Shown here in pieces: positions 24,806-38,400 of a stretch of 64,000 nucleotides of DNA. Position numbers and translations under genes: made by a program. The notes under the pieces were generated by a model. It worked only from the letters and a program-made list of their open reading frames with translations, did not search any database and was not told where the DNA came from. The stretch's first letter is position 1, and each line of letters begins with the position of its first letter. The stretch comes from Hydrolagus affinis (lineage: Eukaryota): assembly GCA_012026655.1 (NCBI GenBank), contig JAAILG010000045.1, positions 1 to 64,000 on the forward strand, written 5' to 3'.

Positions 24806-27800
24806 ATATTTAAATAGCTTAGCTTGCTTATTACAATAAATGTAAATGTCATTGAAATATGCATTTCACCTAGCGTACAACCCTTTTACAGTATTATGGT
24901 GAGTGATTGACGGGTGTAATATCTAATCTTTTCTTCCAGAGTGAACTGAAAGCAACTCAACGTAGAGAGCAGCACAATGTCAGAAATAACTAGCAAGAGA
25001 GTTGGATGTTCAAGGAGACAAAGGACCCTGAGGTGGAGCTACAAGTTAGATGGATTTAGGACTCTATAATAAGCTGGTCTTTGCTGGTGATCTTGCAGAC
25101 ATCAACCAGCCAGCCATGTACAATGGTAATATTTAAACAGGCCTTTATATCTGTTTTCCTGTGACCCAGAAATATAAAGTGAGGAGATATTATAATGCTG
25201 CTTCTATAAGGATCTTGGATGCATCTGATTCACACACATCATACATAAAAATGCATGTCCAGATTTGAATTTGAGTTTTTAATTCTTACTTTCGTCCAGA
25301 CAGTGTGGTGGTAAACATATCCTTACACATCTGCTTGCCTTTATTATTGAAGTGACTCATTCATTAGGTTGTACTTCCCACTACTCAGGTGGACTGAGAT
25401 TGGCCCAAGATTTAAGGGAAAGCTCAAAGGCACACAATGTACGACCAACTGAAACCTTGGCTGACATCTCCACTTCTCCATCTGTATATATATGGAGAAA
25501 GCAGATTTAATGAGGTATGTTTGTCAACATTTAACATAGCAGAAAGTATATTTAGCACATTGACTATGTGTTTCCTGTTGACCTTCTTATGTTGTTGATA
25601 GGACACTATTTTAGTTCATTGCAGGATATTGTTAAATGAGAGATGCTGGGAGTTCACTAGAGCTTTTAAACTTATCCTGATTGATCAACTTTTTATCTAA
25701 ATGTACTATCACAAATTTACATTTGTTCCTTTCGGATCAATACATATATAATGTATAATGTGTATTCATACATTATAATGTGTCTGACAGGGACACATAG
25801 ACCAAAAACATGACCAGGCCATTTCCCATATTAACAAGACTCTTCTATAACATTTATAACTATTAATCATCCCCATCTTTAGTCAATACAGTTACTGTAG
25901 CATGGTTCATGTGTGACTGTAATACACTATATATTACCCCTAATAAAAGGACCACATTTGGTTAACGTGCCACAGCAATGTCAGTCAAGGAGTATTCTGT
26001 CTGTTCTCGAATGCAACATTCGGTTGTTTTAATGCACCCTGAACTAATTTATCATTTCTATATGATGTATGCCAGTAAAAAGTTATGTGCTCAGAGTTTT
26101 ATAAAGTCACTGGCTTCCAATATGTCCCGTGGATCCTTTCAGTCCTAAATCTGAGCTATCAGAAACACCGAGATTAAGCCATCTACACTATTACATTTTG
26201 TGGATCTCTCTTTTGTCCATATCAACTGAATAATTTCAGTCTTCACCCTTCTAGAGTCCCTCCAATTTACCCTCTTCCTCTCCTCATTCAAGACTCATCT
26301 TAAAGCTTTCCTCAATACCAAGTTTGCAGTCATAATTCACCTCCCAATCCAACTCAGCTCCCAATCCCAGTTTAAGATCTGTTCAGTATTGTCAGGCACT
26401 TTGATTCATCCTCCTGACATGAAAGGCATTATATAAATGTAAACTGAAATGTACTGCATTATATCCTTCTTCCTCTCCCTCACTCTCCTGCAACTGATGT
26501 TATGCCTGAAGGCCACAGCAGCTTTACTGACAGAATCTGTTAACTTGCATGTTTCGAAGCAGAAACAAGATCATTTGCAGTTGTTCTTTCAATGTTTGTT
26601 TTTTGCGTTAGTTTCATTAAAAGTTTACTGACCTCCACTTTATAGATTCAGTCATAATTGGTGTTTCCAGAGAACATATAATTTAAGAACAGAAGCTAGT
26701 TATCTATTTACAGTAATGATAGTTTATACTGGAGGGGTGGGGTGGGGGTTGAGGTCCACAACCTAATTTAAATTTGAGTTGTTTTGACTATAAGATAATG
26801 TTTTCCTGCTTGCAGTCCTCATTGAAACATACCTAAGACTCACTCTTTGTCTTTTTGACCCACATGGGGATAGAGGTCATTTGCATTTCTAAGTGTTCTC
26901 CTCCTAAATCTGCTCATACATCACCTTTCTGTAGGCATTCTCCTACTGTTCGGTCATTCCACTTTGCAGTGGTGCTTTGAGATGATTTCCCGAACATGGT
27001 ACTAATTGCAAGGATTATTTTTATTTATTTTCCTTTATTTGTCAGCGTTTCCTCCTTCACATTTGTGCTCACGAAAATGGATATTCCTCTGTCGTTTCTC
27101 TTTAGCCACACTCCAGGACTGTAGCCAACAGTGGAAAACGCAAATGTTTAATTGAGTTTTATGCATCATAACAATGTCATTTATGTGAAACAATGTGTTT
27201 ACAAGTCAAACTTGGCTGGGAATACTATACAGTAATAGAGAAGCACAATGTTTGCAGCACAGTGTGCTGATATAATTACAATAATCTTTGCATTTGAAAT
27301 AGCACCTTATGAAGTCTTCAATACGTCTCAGAGCACTTCACCAAACACACTGCAAAGTGAATTGACTGTATATTTTGTGGGCAAAACATTTAGAGGAAGG
27401 AATTGTTTCATGTGAAAATAAATATAGTAGGTTGTAACCTATTATTTTTCATTCCTGCTTTTATCTGCATAACCATCTGGAGGCTACAGATTTCAATTGA
27501 AAATAACACAATTCCTCAAAACTGGAACAGAAAGGGTTGCGTACAGTGCTGGAAATGAAGAAGCTCAGCATTTCATATTTAGTTTAAGTTTTCCTCAAAC
27601 CTTTTTTAAATGTATTACATTCATTCGCAGCAACCTTTCATTACCAGTCTGTGGTACAGTACTTACCAGAGTTGCCTGGTGACCCAACAGTTACTTCTAG
27701 CAGTGACTACCCAAGCTCTGGTTCTCAGAGCTGCTAATGATTCACATGTGATGGCTCTAAGGGAATAAGTAAATTTCATCAGCATTATCAGTCAAAATTG

Positions 27801-28088
27801 CTATGATGAACATTTTGGATTGGTTTGTTCTTTCCTGCAGCCTACTGTGAATCTCAAGCCTCCAAGGACAGAAAGCTTGATTGTATTTTTTATTGCCGGT
27901 AAAAAAGGGGAATACACTATTTATTTGAGATGTGATTTATATGTCACTGAACGTATACATATACTCTGTCACTACAACAGTTTCTCTGTTATGGTCACTT
28001 TTTTGGAGACTTGTATTTTAATAATACTTGTACTTGAGACAGTGACTTACCATGTTATTGGGACGTCTCGAAGCGCTTCACGTATATA

Positions 28089-28346
28089 CACTTAGTCCTT
28101 GCTTAACATCACAGTTGTGTTCACAAAAAATGCGACTTTAAGCGAAATTATGTTAAGCGAACCCACTCAAGAATAACAGATGTTCAGCGTCTATGTACGC
28201 CTACACTACCAAAGTAATTTGTTTCTACCCGCGCAAACGACGTAATAGCGAACATCACAACGTTAAATGAATATAAGTTCCCTATGTATCACCGATGTAA
28301 TAACGAAACAGCATTGACCGAAGCAATGTAAAGTGAGATCTACCTG
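28089..28346. mobile_element. Tigger/pogo-like MITE inside a minus-strand SINE
   Basis: TA on both sides; imperfect TIRs cacttagtccttgcttaac / gtaaagtgagatctacctg. Confidence 0.65.
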
Positions 28347-28818
28347 TACAATATTGTAAAGTTGATTGACTGTATTTTGTGGGCAAGATACAGCAGCTAT
28401 TTGGGCAAAGCAATTGCATCAGAGTTCATATTGAAATGTAAGGTACCAGACAATAATAAGAATTATCCTTGCATTTGATTTAGTGTCTTATCAAGTAGTC
28501 AATGTCTAACAGCATTTCACAGGATTTACTATAAAGTGTTGTGACTGTAAAGTGTAGGTGAACATGGCAGTCTATTTGCACTCAGGCAAGTGCAAATATG
28601 CAATGTTTGTAGATACAAATTCACAACTTAATTCATGTTAAATTGTCACAAAAAATTGTTGGGTTTCCAAAGTTAAACTTACTTGTCATGCACTTGTGTA
28701 TGATAACATCATAAACTTGAGAGAAATAAAATAATAACAATAATAATAATCCTTGCATAATAATCCTTATAGTGCTTTTCACATCTTATCGACATTTCAA
28801 AGCACTTCACAGAATATA

Positions 28819-29752
28819 CAGGTAGTCCCTGCTTAACGAAGGGGTTAGGGACTTTAAAACCCTTCGTTAGGCGAAAATTTTGTTAAGCGAGAGTTTAACT
28901 GTATTACTGTATTTGGAGGCAGCCAAAATGTCGCCCCGACCCGAGTCTCCCCGCTAAAATCAGTTTTGTTCCTAGCAGTTCCTAGCGCTAACATTTTCGG
29001 TGTACAGGTTGAGCAGCCAAAAGTCTGGAGTTCCGAAATCCGGAATGTGACAAAAATTGCAAGAATGAAAACGCCAATCCTACCTGCTCCAGGCTAGGTC
29101 TTCACAGTCACCGCAATTAAATATTGCAGCTTGGGCCCAGGCATTTCCTGACTCGGGACATGCTTCTTTCTTCCTCTCCCTCCTCTCTTTCTCTCTACCC
29201 CCTCCCCCTCTTTCTCTCTACACCCCCTTCCCTTCCTCTTTCTCTTTATTCCCCCCACTCCTCTCTTTCTCTCTATCCCGCCCTCCTCTCTATCTCTCTA
29301 TCCCCCATCCTCTCTATCTCTCCATCCCTCCCTCCTCTCTATAACCCCCTCCCCTCTATCCCCCCTCCCCTCTATCCCCCTTCCCCTCCATCCCAACACC
29401 CCCGCTATCTCTCTATCCCCCTCCTCTCTATCTCTCTACTCCCCCACCCATATCTTGACTTACTATTATTGAAGCCACGAAGCATCCTGCCGTTTAAGCT
29501 CCTCTCATAATGGGAGGGGCTGCACTGGACAGCTTAACTGAGGCACGCTAAAGACCGAGTGTGCGTTGCTGGGGCAACCAAAGAGAAGCTGCGCACGAGA
29601 AGCTGCGCCCGAGAAGCCCGCGAGATTTAAAGTGGGTGTAAACATTCGTTATAGCGAAAGCAGCCTTTGTTAAGCGGAGAAGTGGTACAAATAGAAATCC
29701 TCATTTCAGTGAAGTTTCGTTAACCGGGCATTCGGTAAACGGGGTCTACCTG
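28819..29752. mobile_element. Tigger/pogo-like non-autonomous DNA transposon with internal CT-rich tract
   Basis: TA target duplication; 22-bp TIRs caggtagtccctgcttaacgaa / ttcggtaaacggggtctacctg; subterminal ttaagcga repeats; CT-rich tract 29165-29450. Confidence 0.8.
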
Positions 29753-30187
29753 TACTGTAAACTAAATGATACATTGATGTAGAATGGATGTCTCAGCTGC
29801 ATAAAGCTCAGCAGGAAATCACAACACCATGTCTAAAGAATATTGCCTCCACCAAAATTAATTCAGAATGATTATCCAGTGCAGTTGCATTTCTGTCTTG
29901 GTTGTGATATTACACAAGGAACAAAAACAATGGTCCATATCTTGTTTAAGGATGTTAGCAGCCAAAACAATGATGTAACTGAGTCATTTAGTTATATTCA
30001 TTAATGTAATTCAAAGAAATAATAATTTGGTCACTCAAGCAATGACTGTTTGTGAGACTCTGCTATGCATAATATATATTCTCTGTAATGGTGGTTACAA
30101 CAGTTGTTGATTGAGTGACCATATATATATATTCCATCTCTTCATTCCTACGGGCAAGAAATTGTGGATAAGGTAAGAGGTGGCAAG

Positions 30188-30390
30188 TTAGATTGCACAA
30201 ATTGCAGTTGTGTATGTGCTTGCCCATATAATGGGCTGACCCTCATTTGTGTGACTTTCCAGAGACCTATTATCTGGATGATGCAGTGAAGTCCATCCAG
30301 AAACTTGGGGATTACATCACTAGCCTGAAACATCTGGGAGCCCGTGGGAATGGCATAGCTGAATATCTGTTTGACAAGCACACCTTGGAG
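30188..30390 (+). pseudogene. Processed ferritin (heavy/middle chain) pseudogene fragment
   Basis: From 30238, [50 protein letters not shown] matches the ferritin H C-terminus; frameshifted LD.HKL remnant upstream; N-terminal part absent. Confidence 0.85.
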
Positions 30391-30964
30391 AAAGTTTGGG
30401 AGAAATTTAAACTGGTTTCCAAAATCTATGTTTTTAAATGACTGGGATCTGTAATGAAAACAAGGAATTGAAGTGGCTAGAAATGAAACAACAATTAAGG
30501 TTAGGGTTAGGGTGACATGTTTTGGAGGTAGTGGGAAGTGCATGAGTACAGTATTACTCAAAGCACCTAATTCACATGGGTATATCAAAGTATAATGTCA
30601 ATGATCATCATTCCCTAAATAGACTGCATCAGCATCCCAGATGTTCAGATCACAGATGTTTACTGGTCTGTCGAGAATAAAAATATTCCAATATTTAAAG
30701 CAGATGCAATGTATGTGTGAATATACAATCTGTGTGAAAGCTGAACAGTGGGATTGATTTACAATTTCCCACAATAGCACAACAAATGACAGCTGCACTG
30801 TGCTGAAGTGTAGCTGGCCGCTCTAAAGAACTAAGACACATTAACAAGCAAAAAGTGTTGCAAATGAAAACAAATGGATTCACACATGGACTGTTAGTGT
30901 CCACCAAGTGGTGGTCATTGGTGATGTGGTGTGCAATCATGTACACCCTTGTGTGAATCTCTTA

Positions 30965-31262
30965 TTATCTGGCCTGCTCCACGTCCCCCGACCCATCCGC
31001 CCCCCTATTGGCGGGCGAGCCTTTAGCCACTCTGCCCTCAACCTCTGGAATTCCATCCGGCAATCCCTCCGCCTCGCCCCCTCCCTGGTCTCCTTCAAAT
31101 CCCTCTTCAAGACTCTCCTCTTCGATGGTCCCATCAGCAACTCCTAATCCCCCCCTTACCCATCTCCATCCCCAGCTTGGGTCTGACACAGTGGCTGTCC
31201 AGCGCCTTGGGACGTCCTCCTGACGTCAAATGCACTATACAAGTGTAATTGTGATGTTGTAT
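30965..31262 (+). mobile_element. L2 LINE 3' end
   Basis: IGGRAFSHSALNLWNS...SFKSLFKTLLF plus tail stem-loop. Confidence 0.85.
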
Positions 31263-31844
31263 TTGTAAGTATTCCGCTGCGTAGTCCTCCCTTTGCAGGT
31301 GGACCTTTGAAGGTAGAAAACCACCCACTGGTAGATTTCTGTATCCAGCTGCATAACTTCAGGCTTTACAGCAGTCTGGATTTGCAGCTACTCCTGATGG
31401 GTAAGCATCAAAGTGAAACATCTGTGCATGTGCAATGCCCACAGAGATGCCACCCATTCTCATTAGGCTAGGGTTATAAAATGCACAGAAGAATGTAACA
31501 TTCAGCGCCTTGGGACGTCCTCCCGACATAAAAGGCGCTGTACAAATGTAATTCTACATTGATGTTGTAATGAGAGCAGTGCTGTTCTTCCTGATTTTTT
31601 TTTCTATTTAATAATAACTCAAAATTTAATTAAAATGCAATATAATTATAAAAAATATATTAAATGGGTGACATACCATCCCCTCCTCCCAAGGTAGTAG
31701 AAGCACAGGCCTGATACAAGAAAGTACCAACTCCTGTGCTGATAATGTCATTGTTTTATTGACTTTAGACGATGTGAATGGCTGCTGCCTGCATTGATAT
31801 CACTGTATGTATGTTGCATTTGGAGATAATTTCTCAGCGGCTGA

Positions 31845-32105
31845 GCTTTCAGCCTCTCTACCCCTATCCTTTGGAACTCCATCCCACAATCCCTTCGCCT
31901 TTCTTCCTCCCTTGCTTACTTCAAGTCCGGTCCCAAGACCCTCCACTTCGACCGTGCCTTCAGTCGCTGTCCTACCTCTGTGCCATCCCTCATCCCAAAC
32001 CTGCCCCATGCTCAGGTCCTAATCCCTGACTGTTCAGCCCTTTGGGACGTCCTCCCAACGTGAAAGGCACTCAACACATGTGATTGTATTGTTGTTTATT
32101 GTTGT
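31845..32105 (+). mobile_element. L2 LINE 3' end
   Basis: gagctttcagcc...tggaactccatccc...gggacgtcctcccaacgtgaaaggc and TTG tail. Confidence 0.8.
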
Positions 32106-32451
32106 TTCTCAAGATGCTCATGGATATCTGTGGTTATGTTTTGGGCATTTGCAAGATTTCAGTATCCTTCCATCATGGTTGATAAAAACCTATTCACTGT
32201 GAGATAAAGCTGACCCTGACTGCTTCAGGTCATGGTCACTACATCACCTCCATAGGATTTGAGTCTCAAATCCTGAGACTCAAATCTCAGGATTTGAGCA
32301 TTCCTGAGAGATATTGATACATGAGAATCTGTCCATTGTCGAGTCCTGACTGTGGTTGCCACAGCCATTGGCATGTCCACTATAGCAAGTTCAATGCAGT
32401 CAACCAAGGCCTCATTTGTTTACTCAACTGGAAGAAGTACTACCTATATTT

Positions 32452-32766
32452 GTGGAGTCCTATAGCTCAGTGGTTAGAGCACTCACGTTGCAAGCAAGAG
32501 ATCTGTGTTCCATTCTAGGCAGGGCGAAACCTTGGGCAAGTTTCTTTACTCCAAAGGCCTGATAATAATCATACAAGTTAAAAAGCCATAGTGAATTGGT
32601 CATTTAAAGCCACAACTGTTTGTAGTATACAGCTGTACACAATTGGCTCCTGTGTTTCACCCACAAAATATACAGTCAATTTACTTTACAGTATATGCTG
32701 TAAAGCGCTCTGAGACATCTAGAAGACGTGAAAAACACTATATCAAATGCAAGGATTATTATTATA
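32452..32766 (+). mobile_element. Full-length tRNA-derived SINE
   Basis: gtggagtcctatagctcagtggttagagc head through ggattattattat tail. Confidence 0.88.
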
Positions 32767-33585
32767 ACATATCCGATTAATGATTTAAGAGCAAGAAACT
32801 CATCAATCTCTTTGAAACCAGATTCACTAAAGGTTTCATCCCTATGTTTCTCAAACTTTGCTAAACAGCCATGTGCTAGGGTTCCAGTTCACTGCCCCAC
32901 CCAACATTACTGTTGCTTCCTCCCATTGCTTGTCCCAACAGCATTTAAATCACCACAGTGAGGTGGGCTTGGTTCAAGCATATTGCCTGGTCATGGGGTA
33001 CTATAGTGATGTGACCATGCACTTGGAAATGAGAATTTCTGGGCATCCATCCAAGCGTATTATTGCAAATTCAGGCACTTCATAAAACTGACTTTGCTCC
33101 TACTTTTCACAAACAGCAATTTCAAATTCAAGATGTGGCATTTGCCCTCCTTTAGTGTGCATTGGAATCCTGCTGGTAATTATGGCTGAACTGAATTGCT
33201 TTTCAATTCTAAACAATTCCTGTTTTGGCAACGGAAACAATGCACAATTATATAAAAGTCACTGTAATAGCCAATACACATTACTTTTGCCATTTGTTTT
33301 TGGCCAGCAAACAGTGGCTGCTCTTCGTGTGTGAGCAAGCTATTCTGGGAGGTATGCAATACGTACATTTAAAAAAAAATATTGTTTCATAACAGAAAAA
33401 AATCTTATTTCATTCAGAAAATATTCTAGATATTTTGCACATTTCTACAGAGCTGCAATGAAATCATGTTTTAGAATTAATTGTTGTATAAAAGTTGAGA
33501 TGTGCACAGAATATTGATGAACCCAACTACTGTACCATATTAGGAATGAAACTATCTTCTTGTGCTTGTTATCGCATTAGTAACA

Positions 33586-34650
33586 TTTTAGAATTTTTTG
33601 AGGACATAACTAGCAGGTTAGATAGGGGGGAATCACTAGATGTAGTGTATTTAGATTTTTGAAAGGCATTCGATAAGGTGCCGCATAAAAGGCTAATTCA
33701 CAAGATTAGGACCCATGGAATTAAAGGCAATATACTAGAGTTGATTGAAGAGTGGCTAACGGGAAGAAAACAGAGAGTAGGGATAAACGGGTCCTTCTCA
33801 GATTGGCAGGATGTGACTAGTGGAGTGCCACAAGGATCAGTTCTTGGGCCTCCATTATTTACAATATATATCAATGATCTAGACGAGGACATCAAACTTA
33901 AAATATCTAAATTCACGGATGATACTAAACTAGGAGGGAGATTAAACACCGAGGATGACACAAAGAAAATGCAACGGGATATAGATAGGCTAGGTGAGTG
34001 GGCAAGAAGGTGGCAGATGAAATATAATGTGGGGAAGTGTGAAGTTATTCACCTAGGTAGTAAAAACAGAAAAGCAGATTATTTTCTAGAAAGGGAGAGA
34101 CTAGTTAGTGTTAGCATTCAGAGGGACTTGGGTGTCCTTGTACACCAGTCACAAAAAGTTAGTTTGCAGATACAGCAAGCAAGCAAGTAGGAAGGCTAAT
34201 GGTATGTTGGCGTTCATTACAAAAGGGCTAGAATATAAGAGTACGGAAGTCTTGCAGCAACTGTATAGGGCCCTGGTGAGACCGCACCTAGAGCATTGTG
34301 TGAGGTTTTGGTCTCCTTATTTAAGAAAGGACATACTCGCCTTAGAGGTTATTAAGGGGCAAGACAGAGTAGATAGTGGGAGACTGTTTCCCCTAGTTGG
34401 AGAAACTGTAACTAGGGGGTCATAGTCTTAAGATTTTCGCACTGAATTGAGGAAAATTTTCTTCACTCAGAAGGTAGTGAATTTATGGAATTCTCTACCC
34501 TAAAAGGCTGTAGATGCTCAATCCTTGAACATATTCAAGACTGTGATTGATAGCTTTCTTATGGATAAAGAGATTAAGGGATATGGGGATGTGGCGGGTA
34601 GGTGGAGTTAGATTAGAAGATCAGCCATGATTTTATTGAATGGCGGAGCC
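33586..34650 (+). mobile_element. CR1 LINE ORF2 RT and 3' end, inactivated
   Basis: [56 protein letters not shown]; in-frame stop, frameshift near 34185 and an internal deletion near 34349. Confidence 0.93.
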
Positions 34651-35073
34651 ACAACTTGTGCATTCTATTTTAACTTTCAACCAATTTGAATTGTACATGT
34701 ATTTTCTGAGAGTTCAGATTAATAAATATTAGATAAAAGTATATTATGAGGTATTTAGAACATCATTTTGGCAATTTCAGTATGTGGTATTTTACTACAG
34801 CGGTAAAGTTAGTTTAATATACAACATATAAATCTAGTGGGCTCCGAGAGGCAATAGTAGGTTTTTGAGGAAAAAAAACAGGAAATGAAGGCAAGAAGGG
34901 ATGATTAACCCTGGAAGTTAACCACCTTCCTAACCATGGAAGTGGTAATCCAATCGACAAAAATAATCTCGGGAATGGAGAGGACAAAACGTCAACTTGG
35001 ATATAGATGGTCAGGCTTGCAACTGGGATCTAGGGCAGTGCTGTGCAGGTGTCAGTAAGATTTTTGGATAATA

Positions 35074-35468
35074 CAGTAAAAGCTTGTTTATACGGCACCC
35101 AACCAACCGGAACGCTCGACCAACCAGTATCTCCCAATACAATTCACCATTCCAGCAAATGGATCTCATACGGGAACCATCCGGGACACTTGGGAATATG
35201 CTCACTTTGCGCATGTGCACTTATTAAACTTAACGAACGCTGGGATTTTTATTTTACCGATCATTTTACCGAGTGTGCTGGAATGCTTTATTGGTAAGTA
35301 TCCATACAATATTCTGTTATTATTTAGTCTATTATTAATATGGTATGTTTTAAAATAAGTTCATTTTTTGTGTAAGATTTTCGGCAACTTGCCACTTGAA
35401 TATCCAGCTTATTTGATTAAACGGCACCAGTCAGGTCCCAAGGGTGCCAGATAACAAAGCTTTTACTG
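35074..35468. mobile_element. Tc1/mariner-superfamily (Tigger-like) MITE
   Basis: TA flanks; TIRs cagtaaaagcttgtttatacggcacc / ggtgccagataacaaagcttttactg. Confidence 0.82.
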
Positions 35469-38400
35469 TATTGAGTTCACAAATGTGGAAATTTCCTCTT
35501 TATTCTTGCACTTTGATGCTGGATAAATGTCAAAACAAGTATTTTCAACAAATGAAGGCAATGCAAATCGTATCAGATGTTTGCAGGGTGGCTGTAAACA
35601 ATTAGTTAATTTAAAGTACTTATTCCGATGTTCCTGGTATAAGCAAGTAGTGCTCTCTGCTGGCAGTTTTCAGATGATCTGCAGGTATTCTCAAATAAAC
35701 TGCTTGTCAACCAGAGAGGATACTCCTCTCGTTGACTGTTGATTCCCAACGAGATGGATGGATGTAGCTCATGAAACTACATCACTCCACAGGAGCTTTA
35801 AACCTGACAATATGGGGAATGATTATATGGGTGATAACACCTTCATAGATTTTCAAATCATTGGGTTCATCAATTGACAGGTATTAATTTTTGCAAAGAA
35901 AGTTGCTTCCTTTGGTGTTTAGTATATTTGTGAGTAATCATTGACTCTTTACCAGACTTTTCTTCATTCATTCTGCAGGATTATTTGATTGATATGTAAC
36001 ATTAATTTAGATTGGTTTCAATCACATGCTGAGTTTGATCTTTCAGCCAGGCTATTACAGCAGTTTACGACTGGAAAGATTACCTTAGAACTATGGCAAA
36101 AATACATATAAATGGCAAAGCCAAACCTTGTCAATTGAACCTTAAAATACATTTGGAATCTCATAATTTGTTAAAGTTAATCCATCTCTGCTTCAACGAT
36201 ATTGTATATAAATCTTATCAAGTTGAATTTATGGCACAGTCTTTGCTGGTCTATTGCATAGTCAGTCCCACATGTGTGTTACTACATGCTAAATATGTGT
36301 TACTGATGGTGCAACCACAACATACCATATCAGTTTTTTTATTCCAAGCAAATTGTGAATTCACTTTGTCTCCCCGCCCACAACATGCTGGTTTGACAGT
36401 CAATCTCAACTCCTATGTAAGCAAATTCTGGCAATGTTCAATTTGTACTCAAAATTGCTCTGGAGTCATAAAATTTAGACTATTAATAATGGAAGTACAG
36501 TATTTCATGCAAATTTGGATATGGTTGCCTTAGGTGTGCCCAAAGCTGTTACCTATCAACATATCAAGGTACAGTATATCCAAGCTTGTTCTAAAACATT
36601 CCTGATTGTAATCATTACTAAGTACTAAAGTGCGACATGAAAGGTGCTCTATAAATGCAATTTTTATGTTGTTGTAAAGTGAATTGACCATATATTTTGT
36701 GGGCAAAACGCAGCAACCAATTGAGCTCAGCAATCTCGAACATGGATTCAGTGGATTCAGTGACCAAATTATTATAACCTCCATTACAAAAATAGTTTCA
36801 GGCTATGGCCAAGTGTATGTGTGTATGAACTCTCTACTGCATTGCATGTACAGCGAGCAGTGTGCGGGGGCAATGTAACTCAGTTGCCCAGTCACATTTC
36901 TCCAAAGCAGGTACTGTATCAGTCAAAAAGGGCTACAGTATTATTAAATGGTCATTTTATTGCACACTTTTGGAAGTGGTTAAGCAAAGAGTGCTTGTTA
37001 AAATATAATGAAAGCCTGTAAAAACTGTGATTGTGCTTAGCGTAATTGGCTTTGAAACAACACCTGCGTTTACTTGCATTGTATTCCCTAACATTAATTT
37101 ATTTTTCCTTTTTTTTTAACTCTTCCTCTCCTGAACACATTCTCTTGGAATGTATGTGGGAAACAGGCAGTCAGGCCCTCCTTTTATGTTGTGTGTTGAG
37201 TGTTGCAAGCTGTTTGATTACAGGGGGTGGGTATAAACCCACAATCCTATCATCTTTACACAATGTTTACACACGGAGAACTTTGCTGTAGAAGTCAGTC
37301 AGAGTTCTTCTTCTTTAGCACAATAGCATTGAGGCCAATTGTAGCACCCCGGTCATGTTCCATGAAATCAGCTGAACCGCGAACAAAATTGGGTGTATGG
37401 TTCAGCCGCACTGTGACCGCATGGTTTAGTTTTGAAATGGAAAAGGTATCTGAATTTTCATGCGACTGCCTCCAATAACCCAACAAACCTACATTTTGAA
37501 TTAAAAGTGGGGAAAGATATCTTCCTGACTTGATCATCAGAGAGTTAAATCTAGCCATCTCCAATTGATGTGAAATGCATGATCCGTCTTACTTGAAAAG
37601 TTTAACAGCTCCGATTGAAAGTACAGTAACGACAAACTGTGACTCCTGGAAAGCAGTATTAAAATAGATAAAGGGGTCTGGAACTCTAGTCATAAACAGT
37701 AGGATTAGAATTAAATGTTTAAATTGTACCAGTGGAAAGTGTGTATGATCAGTCCCACAATTCACTGTGAGAAACTAATTATGAAACATGTTGGTTTTGG
37801 TGATGGGGCAAATGGACACAGAGTAATCACGTTTTTATATTTTTGGAGAAGATAAATTGTATAGTTACTCTTGCCAAAAGGAAAAACAAATAACTTTTTC
37901 TTCCAAAGACTGATTAAGAAACTCAGTTTAATATGTGATACAGGATGAGAAATTGGTGGCGTTTCACAAGTGCGTTCCTAAATATAGGTGCAATTTCAGT
38001 CATTACATCAAATGTAAATTTCACCCTAAATGGTGCAGGATTTCTTACACTTTGGTTCCATCCTGATGGACCACAATGATCCTTCCTGGCCTTGTGCTAT
38101 TTTTTCTATGTAACTATGTAAGCATGGATGAGGTTTGCATAAGATTTGTTGTATTTTGTTTCATTTGTCAGCAGCTGTAGCTAGTCAGGGAAAATAATTT
38201 TCTAGATTTTGTCTTCTTCAAGCCATGAAATTCAATTCTAAAACCTCAGCAGAAAAATAAGACTTCCAAATGTCTGGCCAACAACATTTGTCACGTTCAG
38301 CTTACTGAAGGAATGAATATTAGAAATAAAACGCCTTCGGCACTGACATTCCCCTTTCCTAGCACATATGGGGATGTTATGGAAGAACATCAGAGAAGCA

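Noticed and set aside
29124-29510. 128-aa Pro/Leu/Ser ORF
   Set aside because: CT-rich tract inside a MITE
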